Positions 20,895 to 31,684 of a stretch of DNA of 64,000 nucleotides are shown here, piece after piece (the stretch's first letter is position 1; every line of letters starts with the position of its first letter). The notes under the pieces were generated by a model that saw only the letters and a program-made list of their open reading frames with translations, ran no database searches and was not told the origin of the DNA. A program made the translations under genes and the position numbers. The DNA is from a bacterium (GTDB lineage: Bacteria; UBA8248): contig CBDCRP010000002.1 in assembly GCA_965221165.1 (NCBI GenBank), positions 1,280,001-1,344,000 on the forward strand, given 5' to 3'.

Positions 20895-21641
20895 TCAGCC
20901 GCCGAACGCGCGGGAGGCGAGGTAGGCGCCCAGCGCAAGGAGGGAGAGGAAGAATATTTTCCGGAACAACTGCTCGGAGAGCCTCTTCCGAATTCGCTGC
21001 CCGATGACCATTCCCGCTATCGCCGGCGCGAGGGCCATGGTGGAAAGGGCGCCGTGCTCGAGCCGCAGCAGGTCGTTGGCCTGAAGCGCGAACCCCAGCG
21101 CCAGCGTGGATACCGTGAAAAGCATTCCCATCGCCTGAATCAGCGCGTCTCTCGAGAGACCGAGCGCCTGAAGGAACATCACCCCCGGCACGGCGAAGGA
21201 TCCCGTCATGCCCGTCAGTACTCCGTTCACGAGTCCGACCAACGGGCCCACCCACCTTTCATGGCGCGATTCGACCCGGAATCGCAGTCCGAGCAGATTC
21301 GCGGCGGCGTAGGCCACGAGCAGCAACCCGAGAAGCGCGGTGAGCAGTGAGAAATCGACGCGCGTCAGCGCGGACGCTCCGAGCCGCACGGTGATAGCCG
21401 CTACCAGCAGAAACAGCCAGATCCGGCGCAAAAGGCCCCAGCCGTGGCCGCCGACCATCGCCTGCCAGACGTTGGTCACGAACGACGGCGCGAGGAGCAG
21501 GGCCATCGCATTCGGCAGATTGATCACCACCGCTAATACGGCGAGACTGACCGTCGGGAGGCCGAGGCCGATGACCCCTTTGACCGCGCCCGCTAACAGG
21601 AAAGTTCCGGCGATTGCGAGGATGGTGGCGGCGTCAAACAT
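20895..21641 (-). CDS. Sulfite exporter TauE/SafE family protein
   Basis: AGAVKGVIGLGLP, GVLTGMTG; multi-TM. Confidence 0.88.
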   Translation of the reverse strand: MFDAATILAIAGTFLLAGAVKGVIGLGLPTVSLAVLAVVINLPNAMALLLAPSFVTNVWQAMVGGHGWGLLRRIWLFLLVAAITVRLGASALTRVDFSLLTALLGLLLVAYAAANLLGLRFRVESRHERWVGPLVGLVNGVLTGMTGSFAVPGVMFLQALGLSRDALIQAMGMLFTVSTLALGFALQANDLLRLEHGALSTMALAPAIAGMVIGQRIRKRLSEQLFRKIFFLSLLALGAYLASRAFGG

Positions 21642-22176
21642 TGCGTTGCTCCGTCGGCGGCCTTCGTCGATGCGCCCGCGACGATCCGCTCTCCCCATCG
21701 GGTGATGGTTCCACCGCTTCAGTATTACACAGGCGACGCCTCGGCGCAGGGTCTCCCGTAACGCCAGGAGGCGGCGGGTTCACGTGGCCTCAGCCTTCCA
21801 GCCGGCGCACCACTACCGGGCGGCTTTCGGATATGGGTGACGCGAGGTTGCCGTGGTGTTGAAGCAGAAAAATAAGGGGGCGTTGCGCCCGGAAAAAAGA
21901 GAAATGCCTACTGCCCGGGTTTTGGCCCCCAAAGAGTGCCCCGGGGGTGTCTTTCAGCGGCTATGGTGGTCTTCCCCGCGAGAAGCATCGCCTGAAAAAG
22001 GGCAAATTGTGCGAACTTTACCAAGCGGGGTTTTTGCCGCATAATTCCAGAGATTGTAAATCTGTTTAGAATATAAGGCGCTAGGGGTTTTCGGTCGGAA
22101 AGATGTTTCTTGCCTCGATGGGTGGAACGTGAATTCCCTATGAGGATTTCCGTATTCTATAAGGGAGGGGAACGTC

Positions 22177-23157
22177 ATGCGCAATTTGAGGAGCATGTAT
22201 TTGTCGGTGGCGGCATTTGTCCTTCTTGGGGCCTTGAGCCTCGGGCCGGTAACCCCTGTCGCGGCAGTTGAGCGCATCTCTTTCGCCTCGAGCGGAGTAG
22301 GGGCCGTCTTTCACGTCATGGTAGGAGGCTTGGCCCCATATGTGAGTGAGCGCATAAAGGATCTGGAGGTGACGGCGGAGGCTACGCGGGGCTCGCTGGA
22401 GAATTTGCGCCTGGTCCAAAAACGCGAGTCGGACATGGCTTTCATCGTTGGATTCCTCCTCTACGACGCCATGCACAAGAGGGGGCGCTTCAAGAAAGCG
22501 GACTACAGGAAAGTCCGTGGCGTCACGGCCGTTTACAAGGGTCTCCACCACTGGGTGACCCTCGCGAACAGCGGGATTCGCACCATGCGGGACCTGAAAG
22601 GCAAGACGGTCGCCGTGGGCCCGCCGGGCAGCGGGGTGTCCCGCGCGTCCGAAAGGGCGCTGAAGCTGATGGGGATCCGCCCCGACGTGAAGGTCCGGAA
22701 GATGGGATGGGCGGATGCGGGCAACGCTCTAAAGGACGGGAATATCCATGCGTTCGCCGCCATGTCGGCCATCCCCGTTCCTGTAGTCGTCAACGTCGCC
22801 GCCACCCATCGTATCAACCTGCTGCCCGTGGACAAGGAGCTGATGAAGTCCATCGTGAAAGTGAATCCCACCTATTTTGAGATGAGCATTCCGGGCAAAA
22901 CCTACCAAGGCGTGGCCGAGCCGGTCCCGATGCTCGCCTACGAAGCCTTCTGGGTGGCCCATGAGGAAGTGAAACCGCGGGTGGTATATGAGATGCTCAA
23001 GGTGACCTATAAGCCCAAGACGCGTAAATTCCTCAATAACGTTCACCCGGGCTGGGCTCAGCTCGCTCCCGGGGTGGGGCGTATGAAAAAACTCATCGGC
23101 TTGCGCCTGCACCCGGGCGCCGAGCGATACTGGCGGGAGAAGGGGCTGATTAAATAA
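22177..23157 (+). CDS. TAXI family TRAP solute-binding subunit
   Basis: TRGSLEN, DLKGKTVAVGPPGSG, LHPGAERYWRE. Confidence 0.92.
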   Translation: MRNLRSMYLSVAAFVLLGALSLGPVTPVAAVERISFASSGVGAVFHVMVGGLAPYVSERIKDLEVTAEATRGSLENLRLVQKRESDMAFIVGFLLYDAMHKRGRFKKADYRKVRGVTAVYKGLHHWVTLANSGIRTMRDLKGKTVAVGPPGSGVSRASERALKLMGIRPDVKVRKMGWADAGNALKDGNIHAFAAMSAIPVPVVVNVAATHRINLLPVDKELMKSIVKVNPTYFEMSIPGKTYQGVAEPVPMLAYEAFWVAHEEVKPRVVYEMLKVTYKPKTRKFLNNVHPGWAQLAPGVGRMKKLIGLRLHPGAERYWREKGLIK

Positions 23158-23216
23158 GTCTTCCATGTCGTGAAAGCCGCGGCAGCCTACGGGGGGATCG
23201 GCCCATAGAAGAAAGC

Positions 23217-25097
23217 ATGAATACCGGAAGACGGGTCTATACGGCCCGTCTCCGGGAGGGGGTGGCGGCCCTCTTTTCCCTCCTCTACATCTACCAGGCG
23301 GGATTCGGCACTTTCGACCCCGAGGTGCATCGGGGCCTGTACATCCTCTTTACCCTGCTGCTCGTCTTCCTCTTTTACCCTTTGCCACGGGGTTCCCGCC
23401 GGCGGCTCGGACTCCTGGCGGACAGCCTATGCGTGATCCTCGCCATGGCCTCCATCGGGTATTTCATTGCCGAGTACCCCCGCCTCGCCGAGGACGCCGG
23501 CCTCGACCTCGGGCCGTGGGACAAGGCAATGGGCTTGGTGGCTATTGCCATGGCGCTGGAAGCGTGCCGGAGGACTCTGGGATGGATCCTTCCGGCCCTG
23601 GCGGTCTTCTTTTTCCTCTATCTCTTCTGGGGCCCTTACTTCCCGGCCGCCATCGCTCACCGGGGGTACAGCCTGGACCGCGTAATCGGGCTCATGTACG
23701 CCAGCACCGAGGGCATATTCGGGGTGGTCACCTATGCCTTCGCCACCTATGTCTTCCCCTTCATGATCTTCGGCGCCTTCTTGCGAGAGACTGGGGCCGT
23801 GGACTTCTTTTTAGACCTCTCCAAGGCCACCGTGGGCACACTCCGGGGAGGGCCAGCGAAGGCCGCCGTGATTTCCAGCTTCATCTTGGGATCCTTGATG
23901 GGAAGCTCAACGGCCAACACGGCCATCACGGGTACGGTTACCATTCCCCTGATGAAGCGGTCCGGTTTTCGCCCTCACGCGGCCGGGGGCATCGAGGCGG
24001 CGGCCTCCATCGGCGGCCAGTTCATGCCGCCGGTGATGGGCGCCGGGGCGTTTCTCATGGTGGGCCTCACGGGCACCCCTTATCTGGAGGTCATCAAGAT
24101 CTCCGCCATCCCGGCCGTCTTGTTCTTCTTCAGCGTATTTGTCTTGGTTCACTTCGAGGCCTGCAAGGAAGGTCTGGAACCCCTCTCCCGCCGAGAGATG
24201 CCCGCCCTGGGGGCAACGCTACGCAACGGCTGGCTCTTCTTGACACCTATCGGTGTCCTCATCTTTTCCTTGGTGCGAGGCGCCTCACCGTCCCGGGCGG
24301 CGTTCTATACTCTTGTGACCATGGCCCTTCCGGCCTTGGCATACGGGCGGAATCGGGCCCCGCGCCTGTTCTTTAACGCTCTGACGCGGGGGAGCCAGGA
24401 CAGCCTTTTCATCGGCGCGACCGCGGCGGTGGTAGGGATCATCGTGGCGGCCATCGTGCTTCCCGGCATGGGTCTCAAGTTCTCTTACCTCGTAATGCAG
24501 CTCTCACATGGTTTTCTCCCGCTCGCCATCGTGCTGATCGCCGCCGCCTCCTACTTCCTCGGCATGGGCTTGACGGTGGTGTCTTCCTATCTGGTGCTGG
24601 TCACCCTTGCGGGGCCGGCGCTGATTGACTTGGAGGTGCCGCTGTTAACTGCTCACCTTCTGGTTTTTTGGTACAGCCAAAACGCCACCATCACTCCTCC
24701 CGTGTGCCCTTCCTCCTACGTGGCGGCGGCCTTGGCGGAAGCCGATTTGTGGAAAACAGCCTTATATTCCCTCAAGATGGGTTTGGGTCTCTACTATATC
24801 CCCATACTCTTCGTTTACACGCCCCTTCTGTTCTCCGATTCGCTTCTTCGGACCGTTTGGACGGCTGGAGCAATCACACTGGGGATCGTCGCCCTCTCGG
24901 CTACCCTCCAGGGTTTTCTCGTGCGGCGGCTTAAAATCGGAGCGCGTGTGACTCTCGGGGTGGCGGCGCTGGCCCTCTCTTGGCCGGCGCCTTGGCTGAA
25001 CGTTCTGGGCGGGGGGGTGTTGGCGGCGATGGCCTTTCGGCAGCGTCTCCAAACGCGTGCCATAGTTGTTCGCTCTGATTCAAGCCGGTTCGGCTAG
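23217..25097 (+). CDS. TRAP fused 4TM/12TM permease
   Basis: GGPAK, GSSTAN, TIPLMK, GGQFMPPVMGAGAF, ITPPV. Confidence 0.93.
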   Translation: MNTGRRVYTARLREGVAALFSLLYIYQAGFGTFDPEVHRGLYILFTLLLVFLFYPLPRGSRRRLGLLADSLCVILAMASIGYFIAEYPRLAEDAGLDLGPWDKAMGLVAIAMALEACRRTLGWILPALAVFFFLYLFWGPYFPAAIAHRGYSLDRVIGLMYASTEGIFGVVTYAFATYVFPFMIFGAFLRETGAVDFFLDLSKATVGTLRGGPAKAAVISSFILGSLMGSSTANTAITGTVTIPLMKRSGFRPHAAGGIEAAASIGGQFMPPVMGAGAFLMVGLTGTPYLEVIKISAIPAVLFFFSVFVLVHFEACKEGLEPLSRREMPALGATLRNGWLFLTPIGVLIFSLVRGASPSRAAFYTLVTMALPALAYGRNRAPRLFFNALTRGSQDSLFIGATAAVVGIIVAAIVLPGMGLKFSYLVMQLSHGFLPLAIVLIAAASYFLGMGLTVVSSYLVLVTLAGPALIDLEVPLLTAHLLVFWYSQNATITPPVCPSSYVAAALAEADLWKTALYSLKMGLGLYYIPILFVYTPLLFSDSLLRTVWTAGAITLGIVALSATLQGFLVRRLKIGARVTLGVAALALSWPAPWLNVLGGGVLAAMAFRQRLQTRAIVVRSDSSRFG

Positions 25098-26140
25098 CCC
25101 GTCTCAGGCGCGCTGCTCTGCCGCGCGGGGCGCTGGAAATGGGGGAGGACTTCTTCCCCGAGCAGCCGAATCGAGTTGAGTATCTTACCGTGATCCAAAC
25201 CGGGAAACTGAATGCGGAAGTGCATTGAGGTCGTTCCGAGTTCCTCCTGATATCGCCTGATCTGGCGAATGCAATCAGACGGCGAGCCCAGAATGAAGCG
25301 CTGACGAAGATTTTCCATAGCATCGGCGCCCCGCTTCACCGGCCTCCCCTCGTCGTCCACCAAATGCCCCCAATCAAGATACTCCTGGTAGTTATAGAGC
25401 ATGGGTTCTCGCGCCTCCTCCCAGGCTCGCCCGCTCTCTTCGGCCACGTAGGCTTCGCGTCTCAGGGGGAACTCCACCTGGGATGCGTCCTTTCCCGTCT
25501 CGGCCAGGGCATCGAGATAGACTTGTTTTCTCTCCTTGAGCACCTTGAGCGGAGTGACCGGATCGGCGAACCATGCGTTTCCCATGCGTGCGGCGCGACG
25601 GATAGCGGCGGGCAGCTTGGCCGCCACCCAGATGGGAGGGCATGGCTTCTGCACCGGGCGAGGCATGAGGGTGACATCCTCCATGGGAAAGTAAGGGCCC
25701 GGGTGTGTCACGCTACGCTCCGTCATTAACCGGCGAACCAGTCCGAGAGCCTCCTCGAAACGGGTGGCCCGTTCCTCGAAAGGAACATTAAAAGCCGCGA
25801 ATTCCTCCCGCCTGTAGCCGAGCCCCACCCCCAGCACGAAGCGGCCCCGGGACATGATGTCCAGGACCGTGGCGTCCTCGGCCACTGCCAGCGGGTGATA
25901 GAAGGGAAGGAGGAGGACGCAGGTGCCGATGCGCATCTTCTCCGTCCGGGTAGCGATGCCGGCGCAGGTCACCATGTTGGAGGGGAAATAGCCGTTATCC
26001 TCCACCATGTGATGTTCGCTCGTCGTCACCATGTCGAAGCCGTACTTCTCCGCCAGGGCGATCTGCTCCAGGGAATTGTGATAGGCATCCACCCAGTTTC
26101 CGGTGCGGGACTGATAGCTGTAGTGCAAGGCGAACTTCAT
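25094..26140 (-). CDS. LLM-class flavin-dependent oxidoreductase
   Basis: SEHH, HPLAVAEDATVLD.MSRGR, GYR..EF, PRPVQKP. Confidence 0.92.
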   Translation of the reverse strand: MKFALHYSYQSRTGNWVDAYHNSLEQIALAEKYGFDMVTTSEHHMVEDNGYFPSNMVTCAGIATRTEKMRIGTCVLLLPFYHPLAVAEDATVLDIMSRGRFVLGVGLGYRREEFAAFNVPFEERATRFEEALGLVRRLMTERSVTHPGPYFPMEDVTLMPRPVQKPCPPIWVAAKLPAAIRRAARMGNAWFADPVTPLKVLKERKQVYLDALAETGKDASQVEFPLRREAYVAEESGRAWEEAREPMLYNYQEYLDWGHLVDDEGRPVKRGADAMENLRQRFILGSPSDCIRQIRRYQEELGTTSMHFRIQFPGLDHGKILNSIRLLGEEVLPHFQRPARQSSAPETG

Positions 26141-26303
26141 GGCTCCATCCTCCTGAACGTTCCGATTCGCTGGCCACTCACATCGACGCTCCAGTCAAGA
26201 TACATATAAGCCGAAACATCCCGGCCCTTGAAATGATTCGTTTCGGAAATGGAGAAAGGGAATAGCCCGAGCCGTGTTTTTCAGAGAACTCTTCAACATG
26301 AAT

Positions 26304-27719
26304 TCAAGATTCGATCGTGTGTTTGGACAGGACGCCCTCGGACTTGCCGCGCGGGACGAATTGGCCGTAGCCCGGTTGTTGCATGAGCTCCCCCTCTCTG
26401 AGGACCACCTTTCCGCGCAGGAGGCTGAGCACCAGCCGGCCGCTGAGCTCCCATCCCTCGAAGAGCGAGTAGTCGGAATTCGTGTGCTGCCCCGCCGCCG
26501 TCACTCTCGAACTCCCTTCGGGGTCGATGACGACGAGGTCGGCGTCGGAGCCGACGAGAAGCGCTCCTTTCTGCGGGTAGAGACCCAGTACGCGCGCCGG
26601 ATTCTCGCTCGTGAGCTGCACGAGGCGCTCGGCCGTAATCCTCCCGCGCGCGACGCCCTCGCTATAGAGAACCGGAAGGAGGGTCTCGATGCCGGGCGCC
26701 CCGTAGGGCGACTCGGTGAAGGGCGGGCCGTTCTTCAGCGCCAGGGAGTAGGGGGCGTGATCGCTCCCGATGAGGTGGATCCATCCGTCCTGGATGCCCT
26801 TCCAGAGAGCGGAGACGTCCGCCTCCTCCCGCAGCGGAGGCGCCACCTTGGCCAGGCTTCCCCGCTCCCGAACGGCCTCTCCCGTAAGGGTCAGATACTG
26901 CGGGCAGGTTTCCACGACGACGTCCTTCCCGGCCGCCATCCCGCGCCGCGCCTCATCGAGGGCCTGCGCTGAGGTGAGGTGAACGATGTAGAGCGGGCAG
27001 CCGGCCAGATCGGCCAGATGGATCGATTTCGCGACCGACTCGGCCTCAAGCTCCGGCGGGCGCGAGTACTCCAGGAAATCGGCCCCGTCCATTCCTGCGC
27101 CCAAGGCCTTGTTCTCCAGGTAGTCGATGACCATGCCGTTTTCGGCGTGGACGAGCACGGTGCCGCCGTGACGCCCCACGATATCGAGCGCGGCGTAGAA
27201 GTAGTCGTCCGGGATGCAGCGGCCCCAGCCCCGCTTCCGGTAGCCCATCATGACCTTGAAGGTCGTGACGCCGCTGTCGATGGCTTTTGGTATCTCGGCG
27301 AGGTAGTCAAAGTCCTCGAAGATCCAGGCGTGCAGCGAGAAGTCGACGACGCTCCCCGCTTCGCCCTCCTCGCGGCAACGCTGCAGCGTGGTGAGCATGG
27401 TCTCGTTCTCCTCGCCCGTGGCGAAGGCGACCATGGTCGTGACGCCTCCGTGCGCGGCGCTCCGCGCAACGTCGGACAGGGAATCGACATGGTTGGAATA
27501 CGCCCTGAAGTGGACGTGGGGGTCGATGACGCCCGGAAGAACGAGCTTGCCCGTAACATCCAGGACCTCTTCTGCGGCCGGCATATTTTCCGGCGCGCCC
27601 ACACAGGCGACCCTCCCGTCCCGAACGCCGAGAGCGGCCTCCTGCCGTCCGTGACCGGATACGATTACGCCGCCTTTCACAAGCAGGTCGAGCGGTTTGT
27701 GGTGGGACCTATCCGTCAT
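26304..27719 (-). CDS. Dihydropyrimidinase/allantoinase-like cyclic amidohydrolase
   Basis: DPHVH, GGVTT, FK (carbamylated Lys position), HAEN, VHLT, SDHAP, NPA. Confidence 0.9.
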   Translation of the reverse strand: MTDRSHHKPLDLLVKGGVIVSGHGRQEAALGVRDGRVACVGAPENMPAAEEVLDVTGKLVLPGVIDPHVHFRAYSNHVDSLSDVARSAAHGGVTTMVAFATGEENETMLTTLQRCREEGEAGSVVDFSLHAWIFEDFDYLAEIPKAIDSGVTTFKVMMGYRKRGWGRCIPDDYFYAALDIVGRHGGTVLVHAENGMVIDYLENKALGAGMDGADFLEYSRPPELEAESVAKSIHLADLAGCPLYIVHLTSAQALDEARRGMAAGKDVVVETCPQYLTLTGEAVRERGSLAKVAPPLREEADVSALWKGIQDGWIHLIGSDHAPYSLALKNGPPFTESPYGAPGIETLLPVLYSEGVARGRITAERLVQLTSENPARVLGLYPQKGALLVGSDADLVVIDPEGSSRVTAAGQHTNSDYSLFEGWELSGRLVLSLLRGKVVLREGELMQQPGYGQFVPRGKSEGVLSKHTIES

Positions 27720-27825
27720 GAAAACCTCCCTTGCGGACTCTCGCCGGCGCCGGAACAAACAGCCGCTTCACGCCGACTCCACCCTTTGTGAAATGACCCG
27801 GCAATGAAGCGGTAATCGAACTTTG

Positions 27826-27852
27826 ATACTTCAACTGATTAAGACGAAGTAT
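27826..27852. promoter_or_regulatory. Candidate operator ATACTTC-N13-GAAGTAT
   Basis: Spaced palindrome about 110 bp upstream of the amidohydrolase start. Confidence 0.35.
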
Positions 27853-28106
27853 ACCACAAAACCCGGGTGCATCGCCCGTCAATGGCGAATTGCTAATTCA
27901 CCACCCAAAGGCTCCGAAAACGCCTATGAAGGGGGCCTTACGGGTCGGTGGGGGCGTGGTGTGAGGCGGGAAGGTTATCGGTCTCCCCGGATAAGGCCCC
28001 ACACTGCCTGATCAGGAATTCGCCATGGACAGGTCGATTGGAGTTAAGCTCAAAAGTGGTGTATGGCCGTAGCTGAAGGGGTGGCGTTTCCTGCTGGTTT
28101 TTAACT

Positions 28107-28276
28107 GGAATTATATACATGACTAGCCAGCCCCTTTGGTGGATATTTAGATCGAAACTACTCAAGAGGATTTTAGATGGCGACTGAGGCAAATGAGCAA
28201 ACGATAAGCAATTGGGAGTTTTACAGGCACTTTCCCGATGAGGAAGCGGCCACGGAGTGGTTTGAGAAACAACGCT
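28107..28276 (+). mobile_element. IS1595-family left-end remnant
   Basis: About 170 bp similar to 34324-34493, starting GGAATTATATAC; encodes MATEANEQTIS...FPDEEAATEWFEKQR. Confidence 0.8.
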
Positions 28277-28479
28277 GTTTGACCCGAAGGACGCCGTCCC
28301 GTATTCTGCGTGCATGGCATAAATCGAAATGACGGCTCCCTTGCCCCCAAAGAGGTCGACGGAAGAGAGACCCTTCGCCGGGACGCCCTTCCGCGGGAGA
28401 GCGTTGCATTGATAGGTGCGCCGCTTTGCTCTGAGAGCGGGCCTTGAGGTCGTGAGCGCCTAGCTGGAGGCCGAGCACA

Positions 28480-28962
28480 GTGAAGCGATTCCAATGGGAG
28501 ACGTGGGTCGGGCTTGCCGTTCTCGCCCTCAGTCTGGCCGGACTGGCGCTGATACCCAGCCAGGTGCTGATCCGCAAGGTGGGGGAGCGGACCATCCCGT
28601 TCCCGCCCGGCGCCTTTCCCTTTCTTGCCCTCTCCGTTCTGGCGCTCATGGCCGCCCTGATGGCCGCGCGAAACTGGTTCTCCCCCTCCTCCGGGCGTGA
28701 GAGCCTTCCCGGCGGGCCGCTTCGAACCCGCGCCCTGGCGCCGGTCGCCACCTTCGCCCTCTACATCCTCCTCGTCGAGTGGTTCGGTATGCTACCCGCC
28801 ACCCTCGTCGCGGTCGCCCTGTTCGCCTTTCTGCTCGGGATGCGGGAATGGCGGACCATCGCGCTGCTCGCTTTGCTCACCCCGCTCTTCATCTGGGTCT
28901 TCTTCGGCCGTTTCCTGGGCGTCGTGCTGCCGGAAGGCAGGCTTTCGGGCGGGGTCTTCTAA
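28480..28962 (+). CDS. tctB: Tripartite tricarboxylate transporter TctB
   Basis: 4 TM segments, PGAFP, LGVVLPEG; upstream of tctA. Confidence 0.85.
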   Translation: MKRFQWETWVGLAVLALSLAGLALIPSQVLIRKVGERTIPFPPGAFPFLALSVLALMAALMAARNWFSPSSGRESLPGGPLRTRALAPVATFALYILLVEWFGMLPATLVAVALFAFLLGMREWRTIALLALLTPLFIWVFFGRFLGVVLPEGRLSGGVF

Positions 28963-28963
28963 A

Positions 28964-30469
28964 ATGTGGGCCCAGCTGGCGCAAGGCCTGCTCCTGTGCC
29001 TGCGCTTCGACGTGCTCGGGGTCCTGGTGCTCGGAATGTCGCTGGGGATCGTGGTGGGCGGCCTGCCCGGCCTCACGGCCGCCATGGCGGTGGCGGTTCT
29101 GCTGCCGATCTCCTTCTTCGTCGAACCCGTTCTGGGTATTCCCTTCCTCCTGGCCATCACGAAGGGAGCGATATTCGGCGGATCGATACCCGCGATTCTG
29201 ATCAACACGCCGGGCACGGGCGCGGCCGCGGCCACCGTCCTGGACGGCTACCCCCTCGCCCAGCAGGGAAAGGCGAGAAAGGCCCTCGAGATGGCGCTCT
29301 ATTCCTCCGTCATCGGGGACACCTTCAGCGATCTCGTCACCATCTTCATAGCGGGCGCCATCGCGGCGGTCGCCATCCTGGTGGGCCCCCCGGAATATTT
29401 CGCCATCTTCGTCTTCAGCTTCGCCATCATCAGCTGCGTCACGGGCCGCTCGGTGATTCGGGGGCTGATGTCCGCCGCCCTCGGGCTGTTTCTGAGCTCG
29501 GTCGGCCTCGACCCCCTGATCGGGGTGCGGCGCTTCACCTTCGGTTCGGTGGACCTGACCGGGGGAATCTCGTTCATCGCGATGCTGATCGGAATCTTCG
29601 CGCTCTCGGAGATCCTCCTCTACGGAGAGAAGTCCCGAGAGGAGCGAAACACCGAGGACGAGATGCGCAAGACCGCGTGGCGCGCCGAGGGCAACGAACC
29701 CCTGACCCTGGAGGAGTTCAAGAGCTGCGGCCGGACGATCTCCCGCTCGGCGGTGGTCGGCACGATCATCGGCGCGATACCGGGCCTGGGTCAGGTGGTG
29801 TCCGCGTTCGTCTCCTACGGTCTGGCGTACCGTAGGTCCAAGGAGCCCGAGCGGTTCGGGAAAGGATCGCTGGAGGGGGTGGCTGCCGCCGAGACCGGCA
29901 ACAACGCGGTCAACGGTTCGAGCCTCATCCCCCTGCTCAGCTTCGGCATCCCGGGCGACATCGTGACCGCGGTGCTCTTCGCCGCCTTCCTGGTGCAGGG
30001 GCTCAGGCCGGGGCCGCGCCTCTTCGAGGATCACGGCGCGATCGTGTACAGCATCCTGATCGCCATGCTGCTCTGCAACGTCCTCATGCTGGTCCTCGGG
30101 TTCTTCAGCCTGCGCTACGTGGCCCTGATCGCGCGGTTTCCGAAGAGGGCGGTCTTCCCCGTGGTGGCGGCGTTCTGCGTGGTGGGGACATACGCCCTGA
30201 ACAACAGCTTCTTCGACGTGAAGGTGATGCTGGTTTTCGGGGTGGTGGGCTATTTTCTTCGAAAATTCGATTTCCCGGTCGCCCCCCTGATCATTACCTT
30301 CATTCTCGGGCGGGCGTTCGAGTCTTCCCTCGGACAATCGCTCATTATGGGAGACGGCGACCCCTCCCTGTTCGTCCGCAGGCCTATTTCGCTCGTCTTC
30401 ATTTTGCTGGCCGCAGGTGTCGTCGTCTGGGGCGCCCGCCGCCGATCCCCGCTGGCCGGCGATGAATGA
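28964..30469 (+). CDS. tctA: Tripartite tricarboxylate transporter TctA
   Basis: GGLPGL, GGSIPAILINTPG, DGYPLA, AAETGNNA, GIPG. Confidence 0.95.
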   Translation: MWAQLAQGLLLCLRFDVLGVLVLGMSLGIVVGGLPGLTAAMAVAVLLPISFFVEPVLGIPFLLAITKGAIFGGSIPAILINTPGTGAAAATVLDGYPLAQQGKARKALEMALYSSVIGDTFSDLVTIFIAGAIAAVAILVGPPEYFAIFVFSFAIISCVTGRSVIRGLMSAALGLFLSSVGLDPLIGVRRFTFGSVDLTGGISFIAMLIGIFALSEILLYGEKSREERNTEDEMRKTAWRAEGNEPLTLEEFKSCGRTISRSAVVGTIIGAIPGLGQVVSAFVSYGLAYRRSKEPERFGKGSLEGVAAAETGNNAVNGSSLIPLLSFGIPGDIVTAVLFAAFLVQGLRPGPRLFEDHGAIVYSILIAMLLCNVLMLVLGFFSLRYVALIARFPKRAVFPVVAAFCVVGTYALNNSFFDVKVMLVFGVVGYFLRKFDFPVAPLIITFILGRAFESSLGQSLIMGDGDPSLFVRRPISLVFILLAAGVVVWGARRRSPLAGDE

Positions 30470-30537
30470 GGAGGGTTTCACCATATCGGGGCGCATGATT
30501 TCAGAGAAGGCAGGAACAACACACAGGAGGAACTTCC

Positions 30538-31503
30538 ATGAAACGACTCTCGGCAGTTTTGCTCATCGCGGCCATGGCTCTCTGGCTGGCGCCAACCCAC
30601 GCGGGGGCCGCGAAGTTCCCGAACAAGCCCGTCCGGTTGGTCATCCCCTATTCGCCGGGCGGCTCGCACGACGCGCACGCGCGCGCCTTCGCGAGCGTCA
30701 TGGAACCCTATCTGGGCCAACCCATGCTCGCGGTCATTCGGGCGGGCGGCGGCGGCTCCATCGGAGCGAGCTTCGTGGCCCGCGCGCGGGCGGACGGGCA
30801 CACCATGATCCTGGGCGACCAGCAGAGCATCCTGGTGAAGCCTCTCCTGGAGAGCCTTCCCTATTCCTCGGCGTCCTTCGTGCCGGTGGGGCGAATCAAC
30901 TACAGCCCCCTTCTTATTACCGTGAAGAAAGACGCCCCCTGGAAGAACCTCCGCGATCTGATCGAGGACGCCAAGCGCAGGCCGGGCAAGATCTCCTTCG
31001 GGGGCGTCCCCGGCCTGGGGGTGGACCAGATTCCCATGGAGCTTCTCTCGCTGAAGGCGGGCATCAAGCTGAAGTTCGTTCCGTTCCAAGGCGGCGGCCC
31101 CACCTGGCAGGCCTTCCTCGGCGGGCACATCGACATCGCCCCCGCCTTCGCCTCCACGGTGATGCCCTCTCTTTCCAAGGGAACGGTCCGCGTTCTCGCT
31201 ATAACCGCGCCGGACCGGCTACCCCAGCTTCCCAACCTGCCCACCATGAAGGAGCAGGGCTACGACGTCCAATTCGCCATGTTCCGGACGGTCTTTGCGT
31301 CCAAGAAGACGCCCGCGGACATCCTGGCGAAGCTCCGGGCGGCCTTCGACAAGGGAGTGAAGGACAAATCCTTCCAATCCATGGTGAAGCGCATGGGCGA
31401 GCGGGTGATCTACATGAGCGGAAAGGACTTCGAATCCTTCATGGTGGAAGAAAACAGCAATATGAAGGCGCTCGTGGACAAGCTCGTGAAGAAGAAGAAA
31501 TAG
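30538..31503 (+). CDS. tctC: Tripartite tricarboxylate transporter binding protein (Bug/TctC)
   Basis: FPNKPVRLVIPYSPGGSHD, ADGHT, PFQGGG, LPTMKEQG. Confidence 0.93.
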   Translation: MKRLSAVLLIAAMALWLAPTHAGAAKFPNKPVRLVIPYSPGGSHDAHARAFASVMEPYLGQPMLAVIRAGGGGSIGASFVARARADGHTMILGDQQSILVKPLLESLPYSSASFVPVGRINYSPLLITVKKDAPWKNLRDLIEDAKRRPGKISFGGVPGLGVDQIPMELLSLKAGIKLKFVPFQGGGPTWQAFLGGHIDIAPAFASTVMPSLSKGTVRVLAITAPDRLPQLPNLPTMKEQGYDVQFAMFRTVFASKKTPADILAKLRAAFDKGVKDKSFQSMVKRMGERVIYMSGKDFESFMVEENSNMKALVDKLVKKKK

Positions 31504-31536
31504 CCGCTTGGCGGAAGTTGCGCGAGGCCGACAAAG

Positions 31537-31576
31537 GCCCCCGGCCCCTCCCCGGCACCCGGGGCGGGCCGGGGGC
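31537..31576. terminator. GC-rich hairpin between convergent genes
   Basis: GCCCCCGGCCC..CCCCGG-cac-CCGGGG.GGGCCGGGGGC. Confidence 0.55.
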
Positions 31577-31684
31577 TCGGAGTGAAGTCCGCTTTCCAAA
31601 TCGCTGCTCTCGGGCCTCTAACCACCTAGCGGGAACGCGGCCGATCCCGGCGAAATTGCGTGTGTTCCGAACCTGCTGCGCGCG

